Source of the DNA: Bacillales bacterium UBA1709
Lineage (GTDB): Bacteria; Bacillota_I; Bacilli_A; RFN20; UBA1709
NCBI GenBank assembly: GCA_002317215.1
Contig: DCJD01000010.1
Span: forward strand, 8,486-72,485
Length of the DNA: 64,000 bases
Reading direction: 5' to 3'
In this document: one piece after another, positions 1 to 8,399 of the stretch
How positions within the stretch are numbered: the first letter of the stretch is position 1
Layout of the letters: every line of letters begins with the position of its first letter
The notes under the pieces: model-generated
What the model was told of the DNA's origin: nothing
The model's database searches: none
What the model saw: only the letters and a program-made list of their open reading frames with translations
Program-made: the position numbers and the translations under genes

Positions 1-29
1 AGGTTGTACTATATTAGGTAAGTAATTAA

Positions 30-58
30 AATGGTTAGGATTAATTCCTAACCATTTT
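30..58. terminator. hairpin (aaatggttagg-attaatt-cctaaccattt) plus T-run downstream of the DUF2804 gene
   Basis: Perfect inverted repeat followed by T-rich tract, read directly from the sequence. Confidence 0.5.
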
Positions 59-60
59 TA

Positions 61-1083
61 TTAATATTTCATATATACTTTTTCAGCAAAACCTAATATA
101 TTATTAATCTTATATTCTGAATTATCTACTTTAATAGTTCCATTAAATCTACCAAATACTTGATGTTGCAAAGTTTTAATTACTAAGATATCGGTATTAG
201 TATAACGATCAATAATTGGAGTGAATTCTAAGTCAATTGATTTATCTTTACTGGTAAATTTCCATTTATCTAAGAATTTACATTCGCCATTTTCATCAAC
301 TGGTATTTCAAATTTAACATCTTCTAATTTATAGGCTTTATCTTTATAGAAGAACATATTCTCACTAGCAGCACTAGTGTTTCCAAAACCATATCCTAGA
401 TTAAATCCAATAGGGTTATTTTTATCGTCTACACCATTTAAACTACTCCAATACCAAGTATTTTTATATGTCCATACTCCTCTACCCCAATCAAGTACGC
501 CATTACAATCATCTAAAGATTCGATTCTATTGCCAAGCTTAACAACACCACTTGCTTTTAGACAATTAATCTTTTGATTATAGTAGAAATGTTTATCTTC
601 ATCCCAAGGGGTTGCAATTACCATTGTATCTTTAATTGGTTGTTCTAAGATAACATCTAATTCAAAGTCTTCTTCTTTATTAAATTTCTCATATTTAACA
701 ACTAGGTGTCTTTTCTTACCGTCATTATAGAATTTAAAATCAAATCCCTTACCAAAATGACTACAATCACCTATTTTACTGGTTTCTGGTAAAGACAATT
801 TTCCTTTACTTAAAGGACCCATTTTAGATTTGGTTACTTCCCATATTCCTTTATAATCTAGAAAACTTGCTGTACATAACCACATATATGAGTTATCAGC
901 AATAGTAACAGCTACTCCAAAATCATCATTACCAATATAATAATAGTCCCATTCTTTAATTCTATGCCATTTAGCCTTAATATCATTTCTATGATATTCT
1001 TTTACTAAATCAAAAGCATATCCAGCTTCATTTAGATTTCCTGCTTCGTTTAATAGTCTTCCTTTAGTTAACTTATGTTGCAT
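61..1083 (-). CDS. DUF2804 domain-containing protein (start moved to the Met of MQHKLTKGRL, which has a GGAGGAA RBS 7 nt upstream)
   Basis: ORF-track protein. Family assignment is by recalled similarity to DUF2804 proteins. There is no signal peptide. It sits downstream of apbE in the same orientation. Confidence 0.5.
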   Translation of the reverse strand: MQHKLTKGRLLNEAGNLNEAGYAFDLVKEYHRNDIKAKWHRIKEWDYYYIGNDDFGVAVTIADNSYMWLCTASFLDYKGIWEVTKSKMGPLSKGKLSLPETSKIGDCSHFGKGFDFKFYNDGKKRHLVVKYEKFNKEEDFELDVILEQPIKDTMVIATPWDEDKHFYYNQKINCLKASGVVKLGNRIESLDDCNGVLDWGRGVWTYKNTWYWSSLNGVDDKNNPIGFNLGYGFGNTSAASENMFFYKDKAYKLEDVKFEIPVDENGECKFLDKWKFTSKDKSIDLEFTPIIDRYTNTDILVIKTLQHQVFGRFNGTIKVDNSEYKINNILGFAEKVYMKY

Positions 1084-1084
1084 A

Positions 1085-2239
1085 TTATAGTTCCTCCTTA
1101 TTAATAATATTTGAATTAAAATCACCATTCATAGTGTCTTTAAAGCCTTTAGAATAAACACAATTATATTTATTTAAATCTAATTCATCATTAGAATAAT
1201 ATGGTTTTAATAATAGATAATCTATTTTCACGTTATAAGTATTTTCTATCTTATTTAATAAAGTTTTTGCTTCATTATCATCATTACAATTAAATATAGC
1301 AGTTGATAATGCATCTAGAAGAGTACTAGTAGCATTACTTGAGATTAAAGATACACTTCTATATGTTGGATTAGAATAACCAGTATTAGGATTTAAAATA
1401 TGTGAGATCCATGGATTTGATTTATCATATGAGAATATATTATCAGCGCTGGTAGATATTTTATAATCTTTATCAATTTCACTAATACAAATATATTCAT
1501 CTGAATTTGGTAAATTAAATCCTATATTATATTTACCATTATCTACATAAGGGTTATTTCCTACTAGACCAATAGTAGATTCACCAAGATTAATAATAGA
1601 GGAGGTATTTAAAGATTTGATATGATTATAAATCTTCTCTCCAATATATCCTTTTCCAATTCCACCAATTGATATTATTGGTTGTACTTCGTTATATTTA
1701 TTAATTGTTATTGATCTTGTGCTATCATCAAAAACAATTATATTATCTATATCATTATAACTTACTATTCCGTTTAATATTGTGCTAATTTCAGAAGAAG
1801 TAGGCATATTAGTATTTGTTGATAAATAAGATGAATATGCATCAATTAATCTTCCAATACATACATTAAACTTACCATCTGTTATCTTGCATAATTCAAC
1901 TGATGTTTTAATTAAATCATATAAATCATTATTACAGTTATTTATATATCCGCTATCATTTAAACTCTTTAAATTCTCTATTCCATCATAATCATGATAA
2001 CGATCAAAATAATGGGACATTGTTGTAATATCATTAATAATTGTATTCTTATTTTGCTGTAGAATATTATTATCATAGAAAGTAATTTTAGAAATAGTAT
2101 TCATTGGAAAAACATATTCATCTTGAATAAACTCTCCAGGTACAGTGAAATAATATTTTTTCTTATCATTATTAGCATTATTATTTTTGCAGGAGGCCAA
2201 TAATAAGATTGATACTAATCCAATTAATTTTCTTCTCAT
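1085..2239 (-). CDS. apbE: FAD:protein FMN transferase (ApbE family) lipoprotein, copy 1
   Basis: Lipobox LLLASC. The ApbE signature is ISIGGIGKGY (compare the GGIAKGY motif of flavin transferases). Confidence 0.75.
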   Translation of the reverse strand: MRRKLIGLVSILLLASCKNNNANNDKKKYYFTVPGEFIQDEYVFPMNTISKITFYDNNILQQNKNTIINDITTMSHYFDRYHDYDGIENLKSLNDSGYINNCNNDLYDLIKTSVELCKITDGKFNVCIGRLIDAYSSYLSTNTNMPTSSEISTILNGIVSYNDIDNIIVFDDSTRSITINKYNEVQPIISIGGIGKGYIGEKIYNHIKSLNTSSIINLGESTIGLVGNNPYVDNGKYNIGFNLPNSDEYICISEIDKDYKISTSADNIFSYDKSNPWISHILNPNTGYSNPTYRSVSLISSNATSTLLDALSTAIFNCNDDNEAKTLLNKIENTYNVKIDYLLLKPYYSNDELDLNKYNCVYSKGFKDTMNGDFNSNIINKEEL

Positions 2240-2253
2240 ATAATAATTATAAA

Positions 2254-2290
2254 ACGAGTAATAAAAAAAGTCAGTATATATACTGACTTT
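2254..2290. terminator. hairpin aaaagtcagtatatatactgacttttt downstream of the lipoprotein gene
   Basis: Inverted repeat plus T-tract. Confidence 0.5.
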
Positions 2291-2314
2291 TTAGCATACA
2301 AATAATATTAATTA

Positions 2315-3496
2315 TTATTGAGCTGCTTGAACTGCTGCATAAACATCAGCGTTTACACCAACGAAACCAGCTTTGCCAAATGCTTTAACATAGTTAGTTT
2401 GAGTAATTGTACAACCACTAATGTTTGTGAATGACATAGCACCGTATGAACCGTTAGTAACGTAATCTGATACAGTAACATCTTTACCTTCAACGAATTT
2501 TTCCATTGCTTCTGCTTGTTCATTCCATTCGCCACCGCCAACGATAACGCCTTTAGCAGCTGAAGTTGACTTCATACCATAAGCAGTACCTAATGCTTTC
2601 TTAGAAACATAAGCACCGTTGCTATAGTATTTAACATTTGTAACAACTGATGGAACTAATGTACTTGAATCAGTTGCATAAGTAACTACTAATGCATCGA
2701 ATTGAGCTGCAACAACTTTGTTACCTTTTAAGATAACTCCACACATATCGAATCCGACTTCTGTGCTTGGTAATCCATAGTTATAAGCAGGACCGTATTC
2801 ACAGCCTACACCAGTTGTAACTTCAGTATCTAAATCATATTTCTTAGATGCTTTGTGTTCACTAGCATATTTGATTGCTTTTACGTATTCGCCTAAGTTG
2901 ATTGTACAACCAGCTTTTAATCCAGCATCAGTTGCATAACCAGTTGCACCAACTGCTGCTTCAATTTCTGCAACAGTTTTGCCTTTACACCATGCTGAGA
3001 ATGCTTCGATTTGAGTATCTGCTTCTGCACCACCAGCGATAACGCCTTTAGCAGCTGAAGTATTCTTCATACCATAAGCATCACCTTGGTATAATTTTGA
3101 TGCTTGAGCATCTGCACTGTGAGTTTTTACACCATATACAGTTTCTTGTGTATCAATTTTATCTGCTGTACATTTGTGGTTATCAACGTGAGTTTGTGTC
3201 CAAGTAACTTGTGCACTTGTTCCTTCAACTTTACTTTGAACGCAGTCAAATCTAGCTGAAACAATTTTCTTAGTAACAGTGTTGAATGCGGCTACACAGT
3301 AAGTAACATCAACTTGTTCAGAAGCGAATGCAGGTGAATCTCCATTAGTCATGTTTGTAGCTGTTTTAGCTGAGAAACCTAAACCAATTTGCATCATTGG
3401 AGTAACTTTAGCATCTTCTTCTTTTTTACCACAACTTGCTAGTGATAAACCTAGAACTGCTGCACCAAATAATGCGACATATTTTCTAAATTTCAT
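2315..3496 (-). CDS. secreted lipoprotein with two tandem FMN-binding-like domains (PplA-like candidate flavinylation substrate)
   Basis: Signal peptide with lipobox LSLASC. There is an internal duplication: YGMKNTSAAKGVIAGG / YGMKSTSAAKGVIVGG are Gly-rich starts. Each repeat ends with LKAGCTINLGEYVKAI / NISGCTITQTNYVKAF, which resembles the D-x-x-SGAT-[IV]-TS flavinylation motif of FMN_bind domains. Confidence 0.55.
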   Translation of the reverse strand: MKFRKYVALFGAAVLGLSLASCGKKEEDAKVTPMMQIGLGFSAKTATNMTNGDSPAFASEQVDVTYCVAAFNTVTKKIVSARFDCVQSKVEGTSAQVTWTQTHVDNHKCTADKIDTQETVYGVKTHSADAQASKLYQGDAYGMKNTSAAKGVIAGGAEADTQIEAFSAWCKGKTVAEIEAAVGATGYATDAGLKAGCTINLGEYVKAIKYASEHKASKKYDLDTEVTTGVGCEYGPAYNYGLPSTEVGFDMCGVILKGNKVVAAQFDALVVTYATDSSTLVPSVVTNVKYYSNGAYVSKKALGTAYGMKSTSAAKGVIVGGGEWNEQAEAMEKFVEGKDVTVSDYVTNGSYGAMSFTNISGCTITQTNYVKAFGKAGFVGVNADVYAAVQAAQ

Positions 3497-3590
3497 TATT
3501 ATATTTCTCCTTTCAATTTAGATAATCTAATTTTACTATAAATATAGTAAAAAAGAAAAGAGTATTTTACAATTTTTATATGTTATGAAT

Positions 3591-4109
3591 TTATTTGATT
3601 AAAAATGCTTTATTCAATAGATTTAAGATAATAGTTGATAAGTATGCTATTAAAATACCAGATATAGTAGAAGAGATCATTAATATTGGTAAATAATTAA
3701 TCATTGATGGTAAAGAATACAATATAATAACACCAATTATTTGACCAATACTATGAAAGATAGCACTAGAGATTGATAATCCATATATACTTATTTTTTT
3801 AACGAAATAATAAATAATTAATACAAATATTGATGATAAGATATAACCTGAAAAAGATAATATTGATGCAGGACTTCCAAGACCAGTTCTTAATAATGCA
3901 ACTAGAAAAACTCTAAGAAATCCAATTAATAAATATTCTTTTGGAGAATAGAAATATAATACAGTTAATCCCATTAGATTAGCTAAACCAAGTTTTACCC
4001 CTGGAATTGGTATTGGTAAAGGAATCATTGATTCTAAAATATTCAAAACAATTCCTAATGCAAGGAACATTGATAATCTTGTTATTTTTTTAGTTTTTGA
4101 AACGTTCAT
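3591..4109 (-). CDS. Gx transporter family membrane protein (formerly annotated as heptaprenyl diphosphate synthase component I-like)
   Basis: Polytopic membrane protein with PLPIPIPGVKLGLANL motif. It is in its typical position next to the NusG-II protein and ApbE. Confidence 0.5.
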   Translation of the reverse strand: MNVSKTKKITRLSMFLALGIVLNILESMIPLPIPIPGVKLGLANLMGLTVLYFYSPKEYLLIGFLRVFLVALLRTGLGSPASILSFSGYILSSIFVLIIYYFVKKISIYGLSISSAIFHSIGQIIGVIILYSLPSMINYLPILMISSTISGILIAYLSTIILNLLNKAFLIK

Positions 4110-4113
4110 ATTC

Positions 4114-4542
4114 TTAACCTACTGATATTACATCATCTATTGATTCACTTTCGATACTAACAATTACTCCATTAGGAATGCAAACAATACTTTTACCTTT
4201 CTTTGAAATATATCCATATTTCTCGCAAGTATGATTAGGACAAGTAATATTGTGAACTCTAACTCCTTTATCAATTGATATTTCAACTGTAAAATCCCCG
4301 TATAAATCAGGGTAATCTTCCTTTTTAATAACATATACCATATCTTCTTTTAATTCATCGTAATTAATTTTAGCGATACTAGTATTTTGATATTGGATAT
4401 TAATAATTCTATCCCCATTGCTATTAGCTTTATAATTGACAATTATTATTGAAGAAACCGAAATAAGTATTGCTAATATAGCAATAAGAATATCAAATAT
4501 ATTAAACTTTAAAGAAAAATTATTTTTCATAAACACCTTCAA
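4114..4542 (-). CDS. NusG domain II-containing membrane-anchored protein
   Basis: N-terminal TM helix. Cys motif CPNHTC...C. Size and gene context (between ApbE and the Gx transporter) match this family. Confidence 0.45.
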   Translation of the reverse strand: MKVFMKNNFSLKFNIFDILIAILAILISVSSIIIVNYKANSNGDRIINIQYQNTSIAKINYDELKEDMVYVIKKEDYPDLYGDFTVEISIDKGVRVHNITCPNHTCEKYGYISKKGKSIVCIPNGVIVSIESESIDDVISVG

Positions 4543-5788
4543 TACCGTTTGCTAATTCTAAGGTATTATTAACGTTATTAGTATAATGAACTTTTAAAGA
4601 ATAATCTTTAAGATTTCCATTATTATATTTTTGAACTAAATAAAATGTATCAAATTGATAGTTTAAGTCCTTTCTTAATTTCATTCCTTCCTCAATACTC
4701 ATATTCATAAGTGCAGTTGATAAAATATCAAGATAAGCACTTGATAATGAATATGAAAGAATTGAGACAGATCTATAATAAGATTCTGGATATCCAGTAA
4801 ATGGATTAATAATGTGATGTCTATTTAAAACTAAAACTCCATCAATAACACAATAATGTTTATTAACTGTGTAGTTACCACTTGTTGAATAGTTAAACTG
4901 ATTTGAAACTTTAATGGAAAAAGCGCTCCCATCAAAACTATTTGGATCTCTTGTTTCGATACTCATTCCACCAGATTTTTTAGTATAAATTGGCTCAGAT
5001 AAACTTTCTAATGAACTTCCACCGCTAAATAATATCCCATCTTTATATCCATTATCAATTAGTTTTTGTTTAACTTTATCTGTTGCATATCCTTTTGCAA
5101 TACCACCTAAACTGATATATGGTCTATATGATGATGAATTTAAAATATTGTTAAACTTAACTGAATAGTTTTCTTCATTAAAAGTTAATTGATTATTGTA
5201 ATTTTCAAGGGTATTTGGAATAGCTGAAACAAGATTTTCCAGGCGTGTTTTAGCATCATTATTAACGTATGGGTCATAATCATAGACATCCATATAATTA
5301 TTATATGAACTGAAACACCCTTCCCAAAAATCTGTTAAACCACCTGTAAAAATATTAAACATACCATTGGTTAATGAATATGAACTATAGCAAAATTTCA
5401 GACAATCATATAAATCTTTATCAATTTGAATTTCTTCATTAGTTCCATAACTTTCATTGATTACTTTTAAATTATTAATCAAATTTCCATTTGAATCAGC
5501 ATAATAATAATGACGATCAAATAATTTGTGGAACCTAATTATTTCATCTGTATAAATATTAATAATATTGTTTTTAATTTCGTCGGCATTTTTATTTTTC
5601 TTATCAAAAAAATATCTCACAACCATTGAAGTATTAAAAGGATCAACTTGGTGTCCTATTGTACAATTTGTATCGTCATAACCAATGATTTCATCTTGAA
5701 TTGTAAATGATTGCCAAGACCCTTTTCTATCACATGATGTTAAACATAAAATCGAAATTATACTTAACAATAAAACTTTCTTTTTCAT
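4520..5788 (-). CDS. apbE: FAD:protein FMN transferase (ApbE family) lipoprotein, copy 2
   Basis: Lipobox LCLTSC. ApbE motif ISLGGIAKGYATD. Confidence 0.75.
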   Translation of the reverse strand: MKKKVLLLSIISILCLTSCDRKGSWQSFTIQDEIIGYDDTNCTIGHQVDPFNTSMVVRYFFDKKNKNADEIKNNIINIYTDEIIRFHKLFDRHYYYADSNGNLINNLKVINESYGTNEEIQIDKDLYDCLKFCYSSYSLTNGMFNIFTGGLTDFWEGCFSSYNNYMDVYDYDPYVNNDAKTRLENLVSAIPNTLENYNNQLTFNEENYSVKFNNILNSSSYRPYISLGGIAKGYATDKVKQKLIDNGYKDGILFSGGSSLESLSEPIYTKKSGGMSIETRDPNSFDGSAFSIKVSNQFNYSTSGNYTVNKHYCVIDGVLVLNRHHIINPFTGYPESYYRSVSILSYSLSSAYLDILSTALMNMSIEEGMKLRKDLNYQFDTFYLVQKYNNGNLKDYSLKVHYTNNVNNTLELANGIEGVYEK

Positions 5789-5828
5789 ACATAAAAAATT
5801 ATATCATAAACAACTCTAAATAAAAGAA

Positions 5829-5849
5829 AAGGAGTTATATTAACTCCTT
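5829..5849. terminator. hairpin aaggagttatattaactcctt downstream of the rnfB-like gene (terminator or attenuator between the rnf operon and apbE)
   Basis: Inverted repeat followed by T-rich tract on the minus strand. Confidence 0.45.
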
Positions 5850-5857
5850 AACTTTAA

Positions 5858-6184
5858 CTATTTAATATCGTTTAATACACTTCCATCAGGACCTGGTGTA
5901 GATTTTAGATATTCAATTATTTCAGCTAATTTTTCTTTCTTAAGTGGTTTACATAAAGAAACTTGTTTATTTGAACCACTAATAATAGAATCTGCCATAC
6001 CTGAACATCCAGGATATCCGCATCCGCCACAGTTTGCTCCTGGTAACATTGAAAGTAATACTTCTAATCTTGGATCAGCTTTAACTGATAAATATTTATC
6101 TGCAACTGCTAATAATAATCCAAGGAATGCTCCAATGCCAAGTGTAACTACTAACGCTTTAATAATTACAATAATTGTTTCCAT
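5858..6184 (-). CDS. rnfB: RnfB-like subunit, truncated: membrane anchor plus N-terminal 4Fe-4S (FeS) domain only, with no polyferredoxin domains
   Basis: The sequence LPGANCGGCGYPGCSGMADSIISG...C matches the RnfB N-terminal Fe-S domain pattern. At 108 aa it is far shorter than typical RnfB. Confidence 0.6.
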   Translation of the reverse strand: METIIVIIKALVVTLGIGAFLGLLLAVADKYLSVKADPRLEVLLSMLPGANCGGCGYPGCSGMADSIISGSNKQVSLCKPLKKEKLAEIIEYLKSTPGPDGSVLNDIK

Positions 6185-6185
6185 T

Positions 6186-6353
6186 TTAGTTCTCCTTTTT
6201 ATGATTAGCGCAGGACGTTATTTGACATCCCTCGCAATTTTCTGATAAATTAACGCATCCTTCTGGTTTAGGTGTTCTTTGGTTTAATACATAACTGAAT
6301 ATGAACAAACCACTACATATTCCTAAAGCCACAATGGATAATATAATTTTCAT
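6186..6353 (-). CDS. 55-aa membrane micro-protein with C-x6-C-x2-C-x4-C motif (MKIILSIVALGICSGLFIFSYVLNQRTPKPEGCVNLSENCEGCQITSCANHKKEN); not in the ORF track
   Basis: Hand-translated. Its ATG overlaps the rnfA stop (TAATG). Its 3' end carries the AAGGAG RBS and an ATG overlap for the rnfB-like gene, so it is translationally coupled on both sides. Confidence 0.5.
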   Translation of the reverse strand: MKIILSIVALGICSGLFIFSYVLNQRTPKPEGCVNLSENCEGCQITSCANHKKEN

Positions 6354-6964
6354 TACAAGCTTAATCCCATAAAGGCTGCAAATGCTAGAGCCATTAAGGA
6401 TGTTGTAATAAGAGCAATGCTGTTTCCTTTGAATGCTTCTGGAGTTTCTTTATTGCTATCAATTCTTACTCTGATGAATGAGAATAGAGTAATAACTAAC
6501 ATATAGCCAAGAGAAGTGAAGATAGCATAAACTAACATATTGATAAATGTATATTCAAATGTTATAACTCCATTTAATTCTGTGTATGCAGCAACTTTTT
6601 GTGCAACGAATAATACAACACAGTTTGTTGTAATTAAAGGTAAATAAATACCTAAAGCTTTATAAAGAGACACAAGATATTTCTTCATAAAGAATTCAAC
6701 GAATTGAACGAATGCTGCGATAACTAAGATAAATATAACTAATTGTAGGAAATCTAATCCAAGTGGAACTAAGATATATTTTTCTAAAGCGAAACATATA
6801 ATAGCACTCATAGTAACTACGAAAGTAAGTGCTAATCCCATACCAATAGCATTGCTAGGTTTTTTAGAAATACCTAAGAATGGACAAATTCCTAAGAAAT
6901 TAGAAAGAATAATATTACTTGAGAATAAACAAGCAATAATGATTGCAAATATACTCATATTCAA
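6353..6964 (-). CDS. rnfA: Rnf complex subunit A
   Basis: Motifs GICPFLG and IYLPLITTNC. Six-TM protein of RnfA/NqrE type. Confidence 0.8.
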   Translation of the reverse strand: MNMSIFAIIIACLFSSNIILSNFLGICPFLGISKKPSNAIGMGLALTFVVTMSAIICFALEKYILVPLGLDFLQLVIFILVIAAFVQFVEFFMKKYLVSLYKALGIYLPLITTNCVVLFVAQKVAAYTELNGVITFEYTFINMLVYAIFTSLGYMLVITLFSFIRVRIDSNKETPEAFKGNSIALITTSLMALAFAAFMGLSL

Positions 6965-6970
6965 TTCCTC

Positions 6971-7837
6971 CTATTTACTTTCTGCAGCTTTTGCTGCTTT
7001 TTTATTTGCGATTGCTTTTCTAGCGCCATTAAAGCCAGCAACGCAGAAACCAAGTACTAAGAAAGCACCTGATGGTTGAGCTAATAAACCAATTTCATAT
7101 GGTGAAGAGAAAGATTGATTTGCTGCGAGTTTTAATGCATCAACAACTTCTTTAGTACCATATGTTTCATCAGTAATAACTTTTAATTCTTTTGTAATCT
7201 TGCTTAGATTATAACCATTATTTGAATATTCAGAGATTAATTCTTTTAATGAATTAACATCACCAATTTTAAATTCGGTGATTAAAGCATCATAAACAAC
7301 TTTATCTTCTTTTGCTAAAGGAATAATTCTTGTAATAGAAGTAACGTTTCCTTCAAGATCTTTCATTGTGATAACACCAGTACCTAAGATTTCTCTTAAT
7401 GCAGCAACAATTGTTAATGCAAAGAAGAAACCAAGGGAGATACCAATGGCATCCATGATAGAATTTACTACACTATTTTTAGAAGCGTAGCTTTCAGCTC
7501 TTCCTAAAATAATACAGTTAACAACGATTAATTGTAGATAACTTCCTAGAGTTGTATAAATTCCAGGAGCATAAGCGTTTACGAATAATGAAACTGCTGT
7601 AACAATAGTAGCAATAATAACAATGTATACAGGAATTCTTATCTCACTAGGAGTAAATTTAGCAATTAATGAAATAGAAATATTTGACATTAATAATACT
7701 AAGAATACACAAGCACTCATACCAATAGCACTGTAAATTGAACTACTAGTTGCTAATACTGGACACATTCCAAGGAATAAGACAAATGTTGGGTTTTCAT
7801 TTATAATCCCGTTTAAAATAATTTTTAATTTTTTCAT
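6971..7837 (-). CDS. rnfE: Rnf complex subunit E with an inserted soluble domain of about 80 aa before the last TM helix
   Basis: GMCPVLA motif. RnfE/NqrD-like TM pattern. The insertion is MKDLEGNV...ANQSFSSPYE. Confidence 0.7.
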   Translation of the reverse strand: MKKLKIILNGIINENPTFVLFLGMCPVLATSSSIYSAIGMSACVFLVLLMSNISISLIAKFTPSEIRIPVYIVIIATIVTAVSLFVNAYAPGIYTTLGSYLQLIVVNCIILGRAESYASKNSVVNSIMDAIGISLGFFFALTIVAALREILGTGVITMKDLEGNVTSITRIIPLAKEDKVVYDALITEFKIGDVNSLKELISEYSNNGYNLSKITKELKVITDETYGTKEVVDALKLAANQSFSSPYEIGLLAQPSGAFLVLGFCVAGFNGARKAIANKKAAKAAESK

Positions 7838-7853
7838 ATCTTATACTCCTTTC

Positions 7854-8387
7854 CTACCATGTCATAGCCATATAGTCAGCACGACATAATTCAATAGCTT
7901 TTGCTAAAGGTTCTCCAGTAGCTGATTTTCCAGCCATAGCAGAAGTGTAAGTTGAATACTCTAGAAGTTTTGTTTGCGCGCTTAAACCACTAACAAGATC
8001 TCCCATAGATTCAATTAAATCTTTACCATATCCAGAGTCTTCGCCGTTTGCGATATCTGAATATCCAACGTATTTGTTATCTGCGAAAGCAACAACAAAT
8101 TTAATAGTATTATTTCTTCCGGAAATAGACATGTTGTAACAAGCGCCATTAACAGTTTTGTTAACAACTTTCTTTGTACATCCTTCAAAATTAGGAGTAT
8201 CAACTACTTCAAAATCTGAAGCTGATGCATTATATGCTGAGAATAATTCAACATATGCTTGATTTGATTTAGCTAATTCGTTGCTTGCAATTTTCTTTTC
8301 AGTTGATTTATAAACAACTGCTAATAATAATCCGCAAGCTCCTACTACTGTACCTAAGAATAGGGGTAATTTTAAAAACTTATTCAT
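7854..8387 (-). CDS. rnfG: Rnf complex subunit G (FMN-binding subunit, divergent)
   Basis: N-terminal TM. Its position between rnfD and rnfE. A C-terminal GKSAT motif sits where SGAT is normally found. Confidence 0.6.
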   Translation of the reverse strand: MNKFLKLPLFLGTVVGACGLLLAVVYKSTEKKIASNELAKSNQAYVELFSAYNASASDFEVVDTPNFEGCTKKVVNKTVNGACYNMSISGRNNTIKFVVAFADNKYVGYSDIANGEDSGYGKDLIESMGDLVSGLSAQTKLLEYSTYTSAMAGKSATGEPLAKAIELCRADYMAMTW

Positions 8388-8399
8388 ATTTAATTCCTC

